Below, piece after piece: positions 1-12,591 of a DNA stretch of 64,000 nt. The notes beneath the pieces are model-generated. The model worked only from the letters and a program-made list of their open reading frames with translations, ran no database searches and had not been told where the DNA came from. The stretch spans positions 1 to 64,000 of the forward strand of contig QPMI01000217.1 in NCBI GenBank assembly GCA_004431415.1, written 5' to 3'. The position numbers and the translations under genes were made by a program. This stretch comes from Cyanophora paradoxa CCMP329 (taxonomy: Eukaryota > Plantae > Glaucophyta). The stretch's first letter is position 1. Every line of letters begins with the position of its first letter.

Positions 1-3000
1 GCGGCGCACAGACCCCGTCCCGCTCCACATCGGCCGGCCGGGAAGCTAGACCGAGCACCCTCGTCACGGGCGGGGGCGCTGCGGGGGCGGGGGCGGTGGC
101 GGGGGCTGAGGGGCGGGGGCGGGGCCGGGGCAGGGATGTCCTGGTCGCTGATCGAGTCCGACTCCTTCCCCACGAGCGCCCGACGAGGCGCCCCCTCTCC
201 CGTCCCCCTCCGGTGCCCCCGCCCCCGCAAACGCCCCCGTCCCGCCCCCGCCGCCCGCTCACGCGCCCTCCGCGCGCAGCCGCGCCCTGCGGCAGGCCGG
301 CCTCGCGGAGGGCGGCGCCGGCGCCCCCGCCCCCGGCGCTGCTGGCGACGACGGGCGGGACCCGTTCCTCGGCTGGATCAACACCGTGCGCCCCGCCCGC
401 CCTCTCGCCGGCCCCGCCTCGCCGCGAGCGCCGCCCGAGGCCGGCCCCGCGCAGCTCGTGCTCAGCGTGTGCGTCGTGGCGGCTGCGGCGGCGCTGCGAG
501 CGGCCCTCGCCGCCATCGCCCGCCGCCTGTCCGCCACCGGCGCCACCCCGCCCTCCTCCAGTTCCCCCAGGCCCGCCCCCGCCGCCGCCCCGCCCCGCCC
601 GCGCGGCGCGGCTGAGGGGCGCCTCGGGCGGGGCCCGGGGGCAGGTGGAGCTGCTGGCGTACACGGCGACGTACTGCGGCCTCGCCTCGAGCTCGGTCGA
701 GCTCGCCGCCCGCGGCTCCCCCGCCCACCGCGCCGCCGCCATCCTCTTCCTCGTCCGCGCCCCCCCCCCCCCCCCCCCCCCCCCCCCGCCCCGGCCCCCC
801 GCCCGGCCTCCCCCAACGGGGCCGGCGGGGCCGCAGGTGGTGGCGCTGGTGGGGTACGTCGGCGTCGCCTGCGTCGTCCTCTGGCTCAAGGCCCGCCCCG
901 CCCCGCCCCCCGCCCCCGCGCGCCTCGCCAGCGCCGCGTGACGCCGGCGGGGCAGATACGGCGGCGCCCGGCGCTCACCTTCGCTGAGGAGGACCTGGTG
1001 CCCCCCTCCCCGCCCCGCCGGCCGGCGCCCCTGACGCCGGCGGGGGCGGCATGCGCAGGTCCAGTGGCCCTCCCGCAGCGGCGCTCGCACGCCCTCGAAA
1101 AGCGGCGCCCGCACGCCCGCCAAGAGCGGCGCCCGCACCCCCAAGACCCCCAAGGCCCGCCCTAGCATTCGCTCGGGCGCCCGGGCCGGCCGCGGGAGCG
1201 CGCTGACGCGGGTGCCAGGGCGAGGCGTACGCGTGCGGGGGGGCGGAGGCGGGGGCGGAGGCGGGGCCGGAGCGGCTGCCGGTGGCGATGCCCGTCGACA
1301 TGGCCGCCGTCCACCGCAAGGCCCGCACCCGCGCCCCGCCCGCCCCGCCCCCGCGCGGGGGGCCTGACGGGGCGGGGCGGGGCGCAGCTCTCGGTCATCG
1401 AGATCGCGCAGCAGCGGGACGACGCGCGCCGGCGGGCCCGCTTCCGGCGCGAGTCGCAGGGGCTCGTCGACATCCGCGCCATCGAGCGCGAGGGCCGCGG
1501 CCGCCGCCTCCTCCGCAACCCGCCCCTCAACGCCCCCGCCCCCGTGCGCCCGCCCCCGTCGACCCACTCGCCGCCCCGCGACGCACCTCCGACCGGACGG
1601 CGCCGGCGCAGGGCGGGAGGTACGGGGCGGCGGGGGCGGAGGCGCAGAAAGAGGCGGAGGCAGGCGGGGCGGACGCAGGGCTCGAGCTGGCGAGCCGCGA
1701 GTTCGACGACCTCGAGGAGGCCTTCCCGCGCGCCCGCCGGGGCCCCGCAGCGCGGGGACCGACTGGGCGGGGCGCGCGGCCGCCTACGACGGGGGCCCCC
1801 GCGAGCTCTCCCCCCGCTCCATCCGCTTCCCGTGCGCCCGCTCGCCCGCCCCGCCCGCCTGCGAGCGCCCGCGAGCGTCCGCCGACGCGGACGTGCGGCA
1901 GGTCGGGGCGCGCGACGCCGGGCTGGGCGACGCCGGGCGGGGTGCACCTCTCCGGCTTTGCGACGCCAGCCGATCGCGAGGGCGCCGCGACGCCGGGCTG
2001 GGCGACGCCGGGCGGGGTGCACCTCTCGCTGGGCGGGAGCCCGCGGGCCCCGCGCAGCGGCGCCCTCACCCCGGCCTCCTTCTTCGCCTTTCCCGGCCCC
2101 GGGAAGGGCGCCGAGACGGCCCCCGCCTCGGCCGCCCCCTCCCGCCCGGGCAGCGCGACCGCCGCCGGCCGGCGGGCGCGGCGGCCGGCGCCGGGGACAT
2201 TGGCTGCGGCACTGCAGGCCCGCGACTTCGACTCGGCGCTGCGGCCGCCCGGGCGCTCGCGCAGCGGGGCCGCCACCCCGGGCCGCCCCGCCCCGCCGCC
2301 CCGCGCGAGGCGGCGCGGGGGACGGCGGCGCCGGGGCTGGACCCGGCGATCCCGTGGGGCGAGGCGATCCCGTGGGGCGAGGTTGCATCCGCCCGCCGGC
2401 CCCTCGGCCGCTCCCAGCCCGGCGCCCCCGGCCTCAGCAGCGGCGCCGCCACCCGGCAGCCCGCAGCGGCGCCGTCTCCCCGGCGCGAAGCGGCGGCTCC
2501 GGCGCCGCCACGCCGTCGGCACCGCGCAGCATCGTCTTCGCGCCCGGCGCCCGCAGCGGCGCCGTCACGCCGGCGGCCCGGAGCGGGGCAGTATCGCCGG
2601 CGTTGAGCAGCGGCTCCGGCGCCGCCACGCCGGCAGCGCCGGCAGCGCCGCGCAGCATTGTCATTGCGCCCGGCGCCCGCTCCGGAGCCGTCACGCCTGC
2701 AGCCCGCAGCCGAGCCGTATCGCCTACGCTCAGCGGCGGCTCCGGTGCTGCTACACCGCCGGCGCCGGCAGCGCCACGCAGCATCGTCATCGCGCCCGGC
2801 GCCCGCAGCTGCGCCATAACGCCGGTGGCCCGGAGCGGAGCCGTATCGCCAACGCTCAGCGCCGGCTCGGGTACAGCCACGCCGGCGGCGCCGGCAGCGC
2901 CTCACAGCATTGTCAACGCGCCTGACACACGCTCCGGAGCCGTGACGCCTGCGGCCCGCAGCGGCGCCGCCACGCCGGGGGCGCCGCGCAGCGTCCTCGG

Positions 3001-4643
3001 GCTGGCCACGGCGGGAGCCGCGGGTTCGAAGCCCCCGGCCCCGCGGGCGGCCCCCAAGAGCGCCCCGAGCCTCTTCCCGTTCCGGCCGCGCAGCGGGGCC
3101 GTGACGCCGCTGCCGGCCGGCTCGAGCGGGCAGGCGACGCCGCCCCCGGAGCCGGCCCACGCCGTCGGGGGCGTCACCCCGGGGCGCTCCCTCCGCCGCC
3201 TCCCCGCCCTCAGCGTCAGTCCCAAGCCCGGCACCGAGTCCCCGCCCGCCAAGCCCGACGCGGAGGCCCCGCGGGCGGCCCCCGGGGCGGCCTCGGGCGG
3301 TGCGCGGGGGCGGCTGTCAGCGGGGGCGTCTGCGCGGGCGCGGGGGCGCTGGCGGGGGCCCTGCGGGCCGTCCTCGAGCAGCTCCACCCCGAGAAGCGCC
3401 AGGTGCCCCGCCCCGCCCCGCCCTATCGCGCGGCGCTCGCCCGGGCCGGCGGTGTGCTGAACTGGGCGGGCAGGCGGGGCCGCGGATGGCGGTGGTGGCG
3501 CTGCAGGCGACCTCCCTCTGGCGCGAGTACGCCGCCGCCGCCCGCCGCGCCGCCCTCGCCGCCCACAAGCCCTGTCCGCCCCGCCCCGCCCCGCCCCGCC
3601 CCGCCCCGCCTGCTCGCCGCCGGGCCTCATTACCACGCCCCGCGGCAGCCGGCTACTGGGCCCCGGCCCCGAAGGGCGGGGCGGCGCCCCTCGCGGCCCC
3701 CCAGGCGCCCCCGCGCTCGCTGCAGGCAGCCGCCCCCCCCCCTCCCCCCCCCCCCTCCCCGCCCCCGCCCCCCGCGCACGCTAATGCAACGCAGGCGCTG
3801 GGGTTCCTGTACGAGGACTTCCGCTTCGAGCGGCTCGCCTTCCTCTGCGGCTCCTTCCGCCTCGCCAAGGCCCTCGCCCAGGTCCGCCCCGAGGCCCCGC
3901 CCCGCCCCGGCCCCGGCCTGAGGCGGCGCGGGCGCAGGCGGTGGTGGTGCATGCCGTGCGGGAGCCCGTCGCCCAGGCCGCCCTCCTCATCGCCATCGAG
4001 GCCCGCCCGCCCCGCCCCGCCGCCCTCGAGCCCGGGCCCGCGGCCGGGGCTGAGGCGGGCGGGGCGCAGCTGCTCTTCCTCGCCTACTGCCTCTGGTCCC
4101 GCCCCTACAGCATCTTCGCCGTCAACGCCCTCGTCCGCCCCGCCGCCCCCACCGCCCCACCGGCCCGCCGGCCGCTGAGCGCGCGCCCCGGGGCGGGCGG
4201 GCGTGGCAGGCGGTGGTGGTGTCGCTGGGGCAGACGGCGGCGTACGTGTGCGCGTGCCTGTACTACGCGGGGGCGGTGGGCCCCGCGGGGGCCGGGGCCG
4301 GCATGACCCTCTGCGGCCTCCTCTCCGCCGCCGCCCTCCTCCTCTTCGCCCTCACCGTCCAGGCCCGCCCCGCCCCGCCCCCCTCGCCCCGCCGCCCTCG
4401 CCGCTGCTGATCGTGGGTGGCGGGGGCGCAGCTGCCGCTGATGGCACGGGCGGTGTGGCGGCTGCTGCTAGAGGCGGCCGCCGTGCGGGGCGAGCCCCTC
4501 CGCGTCTGGCTCTCCCAGGTCCCCGCCCCGCCCTCGAGCTCCACGCGCCCCCATATCCATCCAGTCGAGGTTCTAGATCTCTAACGCCCCGCGCGCAGGC
4601 CCGCCTTGGCTTCTCCTGGTGGCGCAAGGGGCGCCGCAACTGA
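1..4643 (+). CDS. Multi-exon, multi-pass membrane protein (5'-truncated), TRP-like/PF06011-type TM region with a large low-complexity S/T-P-rich insertion
   Basis: Spliced exons give hydrophobic helices (LVLSVCVVAAAAALRAALAAIA; VVALVGYVGVACVVLWLK; LLFLAYCLWSRPY; MTLCGLLSAAALLLFALTVQ) and the motifs GFLYEDFR and RPY typical of PF06011-like proteins. Introns are bounded by G(T/C)..CAG with CTGAC/CTCAC-like branch points. Stop TGA at 4641-4643. The middle part needs indel corrections. Confidence 0.5.
2460..2995 (+). repeat. Coding tandem repeat, 126-bp (42-aa) unit, ~4 copies (PRSIVIAPGARSGAVTPAARSGAVSPTLSGGSGAATPAAPAA)
   Basis: Unit anchor CCGCGCAGCAT-like at 2522, 2648, 2774 and 2900, an exact 126-bp spacing. 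Many differences fall at third codon positions. Confidence 0.85.
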
Positions 4644-5578
4644 TTTTGATTTTAAATATTGCGCTTGCAGTTTCAGATGATCGCGATTCTCGCCGCTTAA
4701 AAAGATAGGTACCGCCAGCTGTTGCATTCTGCTTTTTGCCGTAATCGTTATTGCCGGAAGCTATAGATCTAGATCTAGAGCGCGCGTAGCCATTCCAAAG
4801 TATAGCGTAGCTCTCGAAGGTTTTATTTTGTCGCAGATCCCGCCGCGATCCAGTTTTCCGGATCATCGGATATGGAAGCGCACGTATACGTATACGGCGG
4901 TATTCGTGTAATACGTAGCATTATGGTAGAACTTTATCGAGTTATTGAGGCACTCAGTGACTCAGGATCACACTGTTATATTCATGATCAAATTTTCAGC
5001 TAAATTACAGTGCGTCATGATATACTATGATATATAGGCATAGAACGAATATCAAGCTTGGATATTGCAAGCGCTGGCACCCGAACGAGCCGGATGGTCC
5101 GGCCGAGCCGCTGGAAACAGCGGCGCGTGGAGAGGGGGGTTAACGTTGCTCCCCTCCCTGCCTGGCCAGACCTATCCGAGCAATTTTTCAAAAGCGCTGG
5201 CGCCCGGCCTGAATTCATGATTACAAATTATCATCGTGACTATTAAACATGGCCATGGTGCCGCGCAGCGCCCCGTACGCGTGGCATGCATGTGGCACGC
5301 GCGCGCGCGCATGCATCACGCGCGCGCATGCGCCATGGCCATAATTATTGAATTGAATCTAGAATTGCATGCGCAGGCCATAGGCCCATAGCTAGAATTG
5401 CATGCGCAGGCCATATATAGCCAGGCTAGCTAGGGGCCCGCGCGGCCGGCCGATCGCGAATTTGTAATTTCGCGCGCCCCGCGCGCTTTTCGCGCCGACG
5501 TCGACGCCTCCAGGCCGCGGCTTGGGCTTGACGGCTCGTGGAGGGGGTACGCGGGCATTCCAGCCGCAGCGATCCAAA

Positions 5579-6805
5579 ATGCAATCCTTCGTAGCTGGCT
5601 TTCCCGCAACCGTCGCGCACCGGGGGAGCATCGAGTGCTCTTCGCACGTACGGTGCTGCCCGCCCTCCCCGCCGCGGGGCTCTCTCGCTGCGCCGGCGCG
5701 GCGCGCCTTCTTCGCCGGCGGCGACGCGCACGTCCTCGGCACATTTCAGCTCCGCGCGGCCCATCGGGAGGTGAAATGGACCGCGCCGCTGCCCGGGACG
5801 GCGCCGGCGCGGCCGTTTGTCGTTCAGGCTGCGGCGGTGTCGGGCGAGAGCAGCAGCCCCGCCCCGAAGCGCTTCCAGCTGCTTCAGTCACTTCCCGGCA
5901 GCCTGAGGCGCTGGGGCTGGTTCGGCTTCTGGGCGCAGCTCGTCCTCTGCAGCATCTCGGTCCGCTTCGATCTTTCTCCGGGCCGGCGGCGCGCCCGGCG
6001 GCTGATCGCCCCGCGCAGTCGATGATCCTGCTATTCTCGAGGGCGTTCCAGGACCCGTACGCGACGGGGGCGGCGGCGGGGGCGGCGTCGGGCGTGGCGG
6101 GCCTCTCGTCGGCGCTGCTCGGCCTCGGGTGCTCCTTCCTGAGCCTCTTCTGGCAGTATGGGTACATCCGGCTGGCGAAGCGGGTGCGGCGGCGGGAGCA
6201 GGAGCTCGTGGGGCAGCAGGAGGGCGCCGGGGGCACGCTGCCGGTGCTGGAGGAGGAGCTGCAGGGCAAGTTCGAGTCGGCAAGGGGCGAGGTCGCCCGC
6301 TCCCTCAAGATCGGCCTCTTCATCAACCTCGTGCCCCCGCACCGCCCTGCCCGCCGCCCGCCCCGCGTCGCAGGCCGACGGGGCGGGGCGGGGCGGGGCA
6401 GGTGGGGATGTTCCTGACGCTGATCGGGGCGGAGGCGACGATCGGGGTGCTCATGGGCAAGGCCCTCGCCCAGGGCGTCGTCAACCCCTGGGGCGCCGCC
6501 CCGGGCCGGTGCCCGCCCCGCCTCTCCCTGCGCCCCGCCCCTCCCGGCCCGCCCCGACCGACGCGCCCCGCACAGCTTCGTGCAGGCCCTCGACATCTTC
6601 ATCGTGCAGGCGCGCCCCGCCCCGCCCCTCCCACCGCGCCCCGCCGCGCCCCGGGCGCGCCCTTGCGAGCGGGGCGGGGGCGGGGGCGGGGACCGTGCAG
6701 GCGAACACGAACACGCTCTTCTCCCACTTCGTGGGCCTCTGCGTCGGCCTCCGCCTCCTCAACAAGCTCGCCGCCGTCAGGGGGCCCCGCCCCGCCCCCC
6801 AGTAG
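5579..6805 (+). CDS. TIC21: Plastid inner-envelope TIC21/PIC1-family protein (DUF3611) with N-terminal transit peptide; 5 exons
   Basis: Spliced protein contains LRRWGWFGFWAQLVL, SFLSLFWQYGYIRLA, GLFINLVGMFLTLIGAEATIGVLMGKAL and VQALDIFIVQANTNTLFSHFVGL, which are DUF3611 signatures. N-terminus MQSFVAGF is followed by an Ala/Arg/Pro/Ser-rich presequence. Confidence 0.85.
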
Positions 6806-6971
6806 CCCCCTCCCCGCCCCGCGCGTCGCTGTATATAGCCGGCTCCTTGAGCTTTGCTTGCGTGATTTTGCATTCGACGCGCGCCCTAGGCCTCTGCTCG
6901 TGCGCGCGGGGCCCCGCTTGGAGCTTGGGCCGGCGGGGCCTGAAGGCGGGGCGGGGCGGCGCGGGGCGGGG

Positions 6972-8336
6972 CTAGCGGAAGACGAACTTCTGGGCGAGGA
7001 GGTGGACGGCGGCGACGGTGGCGGCGCAGGAGAGGAGGAAGAAGGGCGGGACGAGGTGCGCCGCCATCTCCAGCCGCGGGTCCGCCGCCGCCGCGAACAC
7101 GAAGAAGGCCAGGTGGTGCACCCCCGCGTACCCGAACGACCCCGCCCTGCCCCGGGTTCGATCCCTGCCCGGGCTCGGGGGGCGGGGGGAGGGCGGCGGG
7201 GCGCACCCGACGCAGGAGGCGAGGAGGGGGATCGGGGAGGAGGAGGCGGGGGAGGAGGCGCGGGCGGGGCGGGAGCGCAGGAGCCGGCTCGAGATGATGC
7301 CTGCCGCCAGCGCGCCGATCAGCCGCCCGGCGCCAGGCACTGGGCGCGGCGGTGCGGGGCCGGGGCGGGGGCGGGGCACCGGCGAGGACGCAGAAGCCGT
7401 CGAGGGCGGGGGCGAGGTCGGCGGCGAGGAGGACGGCGGGGAGCATGGCGGCCGCCTCGCCCTCGGCGCCCGTCACGGCGGGATCGCGGGGGCGGGGCGC
7501 GCGGAAGGCGAGGCAGAAGGCCCCGACCGCCAGCGAGCCCGAGAGGAACACGAAGCCTGCCCGGCCCCGCTCGCCCCAGGCGGGGCGGGGCGGGGCGGGG
7601 CGGGGCGGGGCGGGCGGGGCGGGCGGGGCGGGGCGGACTGAGGCGAGAGGCGCGGGCGGTGAAGGAGGCGCGGGCCTTGGCGCCGGCCTCGTCGTCTTTG
7701 TCGGAGGGGGCGGGGGCCTGGAAGAGCACGGCGCACACCAGCCGGTACCGGTTCACCGCCGTCGCCGCCGCGAAGAGGCACCAGAGCTCCAGGAAGAGGT
7801 GCAACGCGTACGGGCCCGCGCCGAGCGGAAGCACCGCCCGCGCGTCGTACTGCGCGAAGAGGACGACGCGCGCGAGCAGCGCCCCCGCCGCCATCACCGG
7901 CAGCTTCCCGGAGAGCACGCGCCGCGTCCCGCTCGACGGAGCCCGCCGCCCCGTCCACGTCTGCACCGCCAGCGCCACGCACACCACCGCGAGCAGGCCG
8001 TCCGCGAGCGCCGCCTGCGCCCCCGCGGCCGCCGGCGTCACGCGCTCGGCGCCGGCCGCCGAGCGCGAGCGCGAGCGCGCGGCGAGAGATCGAGCGGACC
8101 AGGCGGTGGAACTCGGTGTACAGCAGCGGCACGGGGCCGGCCGTAGACGCGGCGAAGGCGAACGCGTAGACGTGGACGCCGCCGAGGGCGACGGCGGTGA
8201 TGAGCAGCACCGCCGCGAGCGACGCGTCGACGCGGTCCAGCGCGACGGGCGGCGACGCCGGCTTCGCGCCCTCCGCCGTCGCCGCGGCCGCCTTCTGCGC
8301 CCGCCTAGCGCTCTTTCGCTCGGCCTGCGCCGCCAT
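6972..8336 (-). CDS. Hypothetical multi-pass membrane protein (multi-exon)
   Basis: ATG at 8336 (MAAQAERKSARRAQK). Several hydrophobic exons (LAAVLLITAVALGGVHVYAFAF; ALHLFLELWCLFAAATAV; FFLLSCAATVAAVHLLAQKFVFR*) are separated by typical C-rich short introns. No family recognised. Confidence 0.6.
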
Positions 8337-8864
8337 CGACCGCTGGCTAAGCCACTCGATTGACCGCCTGCAGCTTCGCCGCGTGCTTCCGTGTGCTCTA
8401 CCCCGCTGCCGTCCCGCCCCCCCGATTGTTGGCAGCTCGGCGCCGAGTCGGTGGCCAGCTGTGCTGTGCTTGCCGGATCATTCGCTGCTGTACCGATCCG
8501 GCCGCCAGCTCCGATCGGATCCCAAGCGGCGGGCGTTGATTGCAGATTGCCATCAGATTTCATCGCCGGACCGGCGCTGATCGGCGTAGCCTGCCTTCCG
8601 CCAAGGTCCTCGCATCTGTGCCGACTCACTGCCGAGTCGTGAATCGGGCGCCGGGCACGATCAGCGGTGCCTGAATCGCCTTCTTCTGGAGGGGCGCGCT
8701 GGGAGAAATCAGGACCGCCGGCCGCGCGTACGTGGACAAACGTCCGATTTCGAAGAAGCCGACGCGGCCAGCGCGGCGTCGGCGACCAGCAAGCGTAACG
8801 TGCGCCGCCACCGGCCCGAAGACGTCGACGACGTCGACGGTGGCGTGACGCGCGCGCAGACACG

Positions 8865-10851
8865 ATGCCGCTCGGCCTCTCGAGGCGCTTCAATGAAGTG
8901 GTTCCGAAGCTGCTCGACGCCCCTCCCAAGAAGATCGTGCTGTGCGCGGGCGCCCCACGCAAGCTCGCTCCCTCCGCGAGCGCGCTGAGGCGGCGGCGGC
9001 GTGCAGGTCGGGCCCGAGCGGGTTCCTGGGGAGCCGCGTGTTCCGGGCGATCCTGCAGATCCACGAGCTGAGGAAGCACCACGGGATCGAGCCGGGGGAG
9101 CTCATCCTCCTCTCCGGCTCCCCCGGGAACCTCATGCGGAGCCTTTACAAGCGCTGGGGCCCCGAGCGCATGACCACGGTGCGGGCTTCGCGCGTGGACT
9201 ACTTCGGCCAGCACAACGTCGAGGAGTGGACCGACCAGCTCGGCAGCCTCGGTGCCCCGCCCCGACCCGCCCCGCGCGCCGGCGGGCCTGAGGGCCTGGC
9301 TCGGGGGTGCAGGGGTGGAGGGGGAGCACGCGGTGTTCTTGAACCTGGCGGCCGTCGCGGGGCCCATCCAGGGCATCCAGGACGCCATGGCGCGGCCCCC
9401 TTCCCCCGCCCCCGCCCCCGCCCTAGAACGCTTGCTTGCGCCGCCCCGCCGGCGCTGACGGGCCGGCCGCCGGGCTCCAGATGGACGTGAACTACCGGGC
9501 CCCGCTGGCGGCGGCGCGCGCCTGCGAGAACCTCGGCTTCGGGCACTGGGTCCAGAGCTCCACCCAGGCCACCAACGCCGAGCGCGCCGGCCAGGTGCTT
9601 GCCCCCGCCCGAGCGCCCGCCCCCGCGCCCAGGGCAGGGCGGCTCACGCGGGCGGGCGGGGGCAGGTGCCGTACAGCCGGGCCAAGGCGATGTGCGACTA
9701 CGCGCTCGCGCGGTCGACGCGGCTGCCCGTCACCATCGCGTGCCTGGGGCTCCTCTACTGCAAGGAGGACGGGCTGATCGGGCAGACGCGCAAGGGCGAG
9801 AGCCTCCTCAACCTCATCGACCTCTCCCTCCTCCCCCTCACACCCATCATGGTGCACTTCCCGGCCCCCGCCCCGCCCCGCCCCGCCCCGCGCCGCGCCC
9901 GTAACGGACTGCTGTCAGGGGGACGGGAAGGCGCCGCTGCAGCCGCAGGAGGTGCTAGACGCGGCCACGCGCCTCGCCTACCTCGCCGTCTCCGACCCCA
10001 AGGGTGAACCCCGCCCCGCTTCCCGTCCTGCACGCCGCCCTCGCCCCGCCCTGACTTGTGCTCGCGCGCGGCAGAGCGCCCGCGGCAGCTGCGGGACCCG
10101 AAGAAGGACAAGTTCTTCGTCCGCCGCACCGACCTCTTCCGCCACTACGACGCCGGCGCGCCCCCCGCCCCGCCCGCCCCGGCGCGCCCGCGCTCGGGGC
10201 CCGCCCCTTACGCCCGGTGCAGTGGGCCCCGAGACGATGACGATGATGGAGATGCTGGAGAAGTTCTCGAGGGCGCAGGTGCCGCCCCGCGCGGCGCACG
10301 CGCCCGCCCGCCCGCCCTCCCCCTCGGGGCCCCGGCCCGTGACCTCCGCCGCCTTGCCTCGCCTCCGCGCGCAGGGGAACTCGCGGTTCCGCCCGGTGCA
10401 CATCGGGTACCGGAACATGGAGCGCGTCCTCAACGTCAAGTCCCTCGGCAACCTCAACCGCCAGTTCGGTCCGCCCCCGCCCGCTCGAGCTCGCCCCCCG
10501 GCGGCCAACTCTCGCGGCGCAGTGTCGCTGCTGCGGTCGGAGCAGGACGCGAAGAACCCGATCATCGGGGACCACGCCGTGTGGGAGTCGGTGCCCGCCC
10601 CGCCCCGCCTCGGGCGCCCGCGGGCCGACCGCGCCCCGCAGATCCTCGGGCGCGAGGTCCCGCTGATCACTCTGGACGAGGCCTTCGAGAAGAACGTCGA
10701 GATGGTCGAGGCGGAGCGCAAGCGGCGGCGCTTCCCCTACCTCGGGACCCTCAGGTGGGCCCTCCAGAACCCGAAGGTCATCCCCCCGGGCCTCGCCCTC
10801 GGCTGGGAGATCACCCTCTCCTTCCTCTTCGGCATCCGCCGCCACGACTGA
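8865..10851 (+). CDS. NAD(P)-binding Rossmann-fold protein (atypical/extended SDR, epimerase/dehydratase-like), multi-exon
   Basis: Spliced KIVLSGPSGFLG (GxxGxxG-type), VFLNLAA, DVNY, WVQSS and PYSRAK (YxxxK) motifs. Stop at 10849-10851. Confidence 0.75.
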
Positions 10852-11527
10852 GCCTCGGAGCTCGACTCGGCGAGGCCGCCGCCGCCTGCCGCCATCCTCC
10901 CCGGCTGTACATTCTGTACACTTCCGTGCATTCTTGTAACACTAGCACAATTCTTCGGTCTCTTCATGATGCCTTTTCCTACCTCATGTACGACGTCTCC
11001 GCTGCTGTTTCGCACTGTCTTGTAGCATCTCCGAGGCTCCGTGTTGTTAGCGTTCTACCGAGCTACCAGTAGGACTGCAGCTCATGATCAGCGGCTGCAA
11101 TTCGGATCGATGTTTTTTATAATTAATTCTCGGATGTGCTCGGAAACACGCCACAGCTTCAGTACGTATACTAGTGGTTACAAGCCCGCGGCCGGCGCGC
11201 CGCGGCCCCGGCCGCGGGCGCCGCTCGATCGAATTCGAAGCTTAAGCGCGCGACCGTGCGCAGCTGCAGTCGGGCCGGCTTGCCATGGGGCCGGGTTGCC
11301 ATGGGCCGGGCGCGCTGATCATGATCGAAGTTGGGACGCCGTGACGGGGTACGTGTATGCGAAGACTAACTGGTCTTTCTGTACCCGTGAAGTCAGTTTG
11401 AGTTTTTAAGCGCGCGGTCGAAGTTGTTGCGGCGGTCATGGAGGCACCGGGCGCAGCGGCCGCTGGCCCTGAAACTCGTCAAATTGAATTCGTCATCGGT
11501 TCCAACAGGAGGGCCGCGCTTTCTCTT

Positions 11528-12056
11528 TCATGCCTCGACCGTGCTGTCAGGGATGGCGGCAGCCTCGCCCTCCGGCTGCAGCTTGCGCTGGGCCTCTCGG
11601 AGGCCATTGTGGAGTTCCGTGAGATGGGCGATGACGCCGAATACACGGGCGAGGAGCCGCGTAAGGCGGCCGATCTCGATGGGGACGCCCAAGCTTAAGG
11701 CGCGCTCCAATTTTTCAAACATTCCCAGCTCGGGTATTCGTGCGAGGTCGTGCTGGAGGGTGCGTGTAGTCCTTCCTGCATATTCTATCGCGTACTGTCA
11801 AGCGTGACGGGCGCCGCAGGTGCTTCCGAGGGGGCCGGGTCGCGCAGTGAGAACCTTGTCGGGACTCCAGTGCTGGGCGGGTCCGACGCATCGCGAGTCG
11901 ATTCCCGTAAGCGTACTCATTTATCTCGCGCATCTGACTGCTTACCGACGGGGGCGCAGCCACGGGGACGAACGTGTCAGCGCCGAGTGGGTCGTCGAGA
12001 GGCGCCGCGTCGAGCTCTCCGTCGGGCTCTTCCGGTTCGCGCATCCAGTCCGTCAT
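11528..12056 (-). CDS. Small hypothetical protein (~130 aa, 3 exons)
   Basis: MTDWMREPEE...APPS | GTAAG intron | HWSPDK | GT..ACAG intron | YAIEYAGR...PDSTVEA* joins in frame. No recognisable domain. Confidence 0.35.
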
Positions 12057-12591
12057 GTTTATTCCCTTTCCGACCGCAACGCAGGCACGGAAAGTCCCCT
12101 GGAGGTCACCCGCAAGCTCGGTTTTAGTCCTGCTGTGTCCGGTGCGCGTTCGGACGCCCCCATGGCCATCGCTTGGCAATCGCTGATCGCGATTCTGCGG
12201 CCCTGTCTTCAGCCCCGAGTCCATCCACGTGCACTGCAAATGCCGCTCCTCTCATCGTGAAGAGACAGAAGATGCGTTTCTACATCCCAGCGATTCCCTT
12301 AAGGCTCAAGGCGCTCCTATGCGCAGCGGCTCCAGACGAGTCAGTGCCAGAGAGGTGGGCGGACGGCGGGGATCGGCCCAACTCCTATTTACTCACCCCT
12401 CTTTTGGCTAGACTCGAGTTTGCGCACTGGTCCCGGCCCCGCCCGTGCGCTGTGCGACGCACCTATGGACACACACTTAAAATCGAGTAAATTAAACTCT
12501 CTCGTGAAGCGGGGGTATAGATAGACCAGTTAGTTCTGCAACAACGTGTACCCCCCTGGGCAACGACGTTGACAGCCCGCATTGCCCCGCA

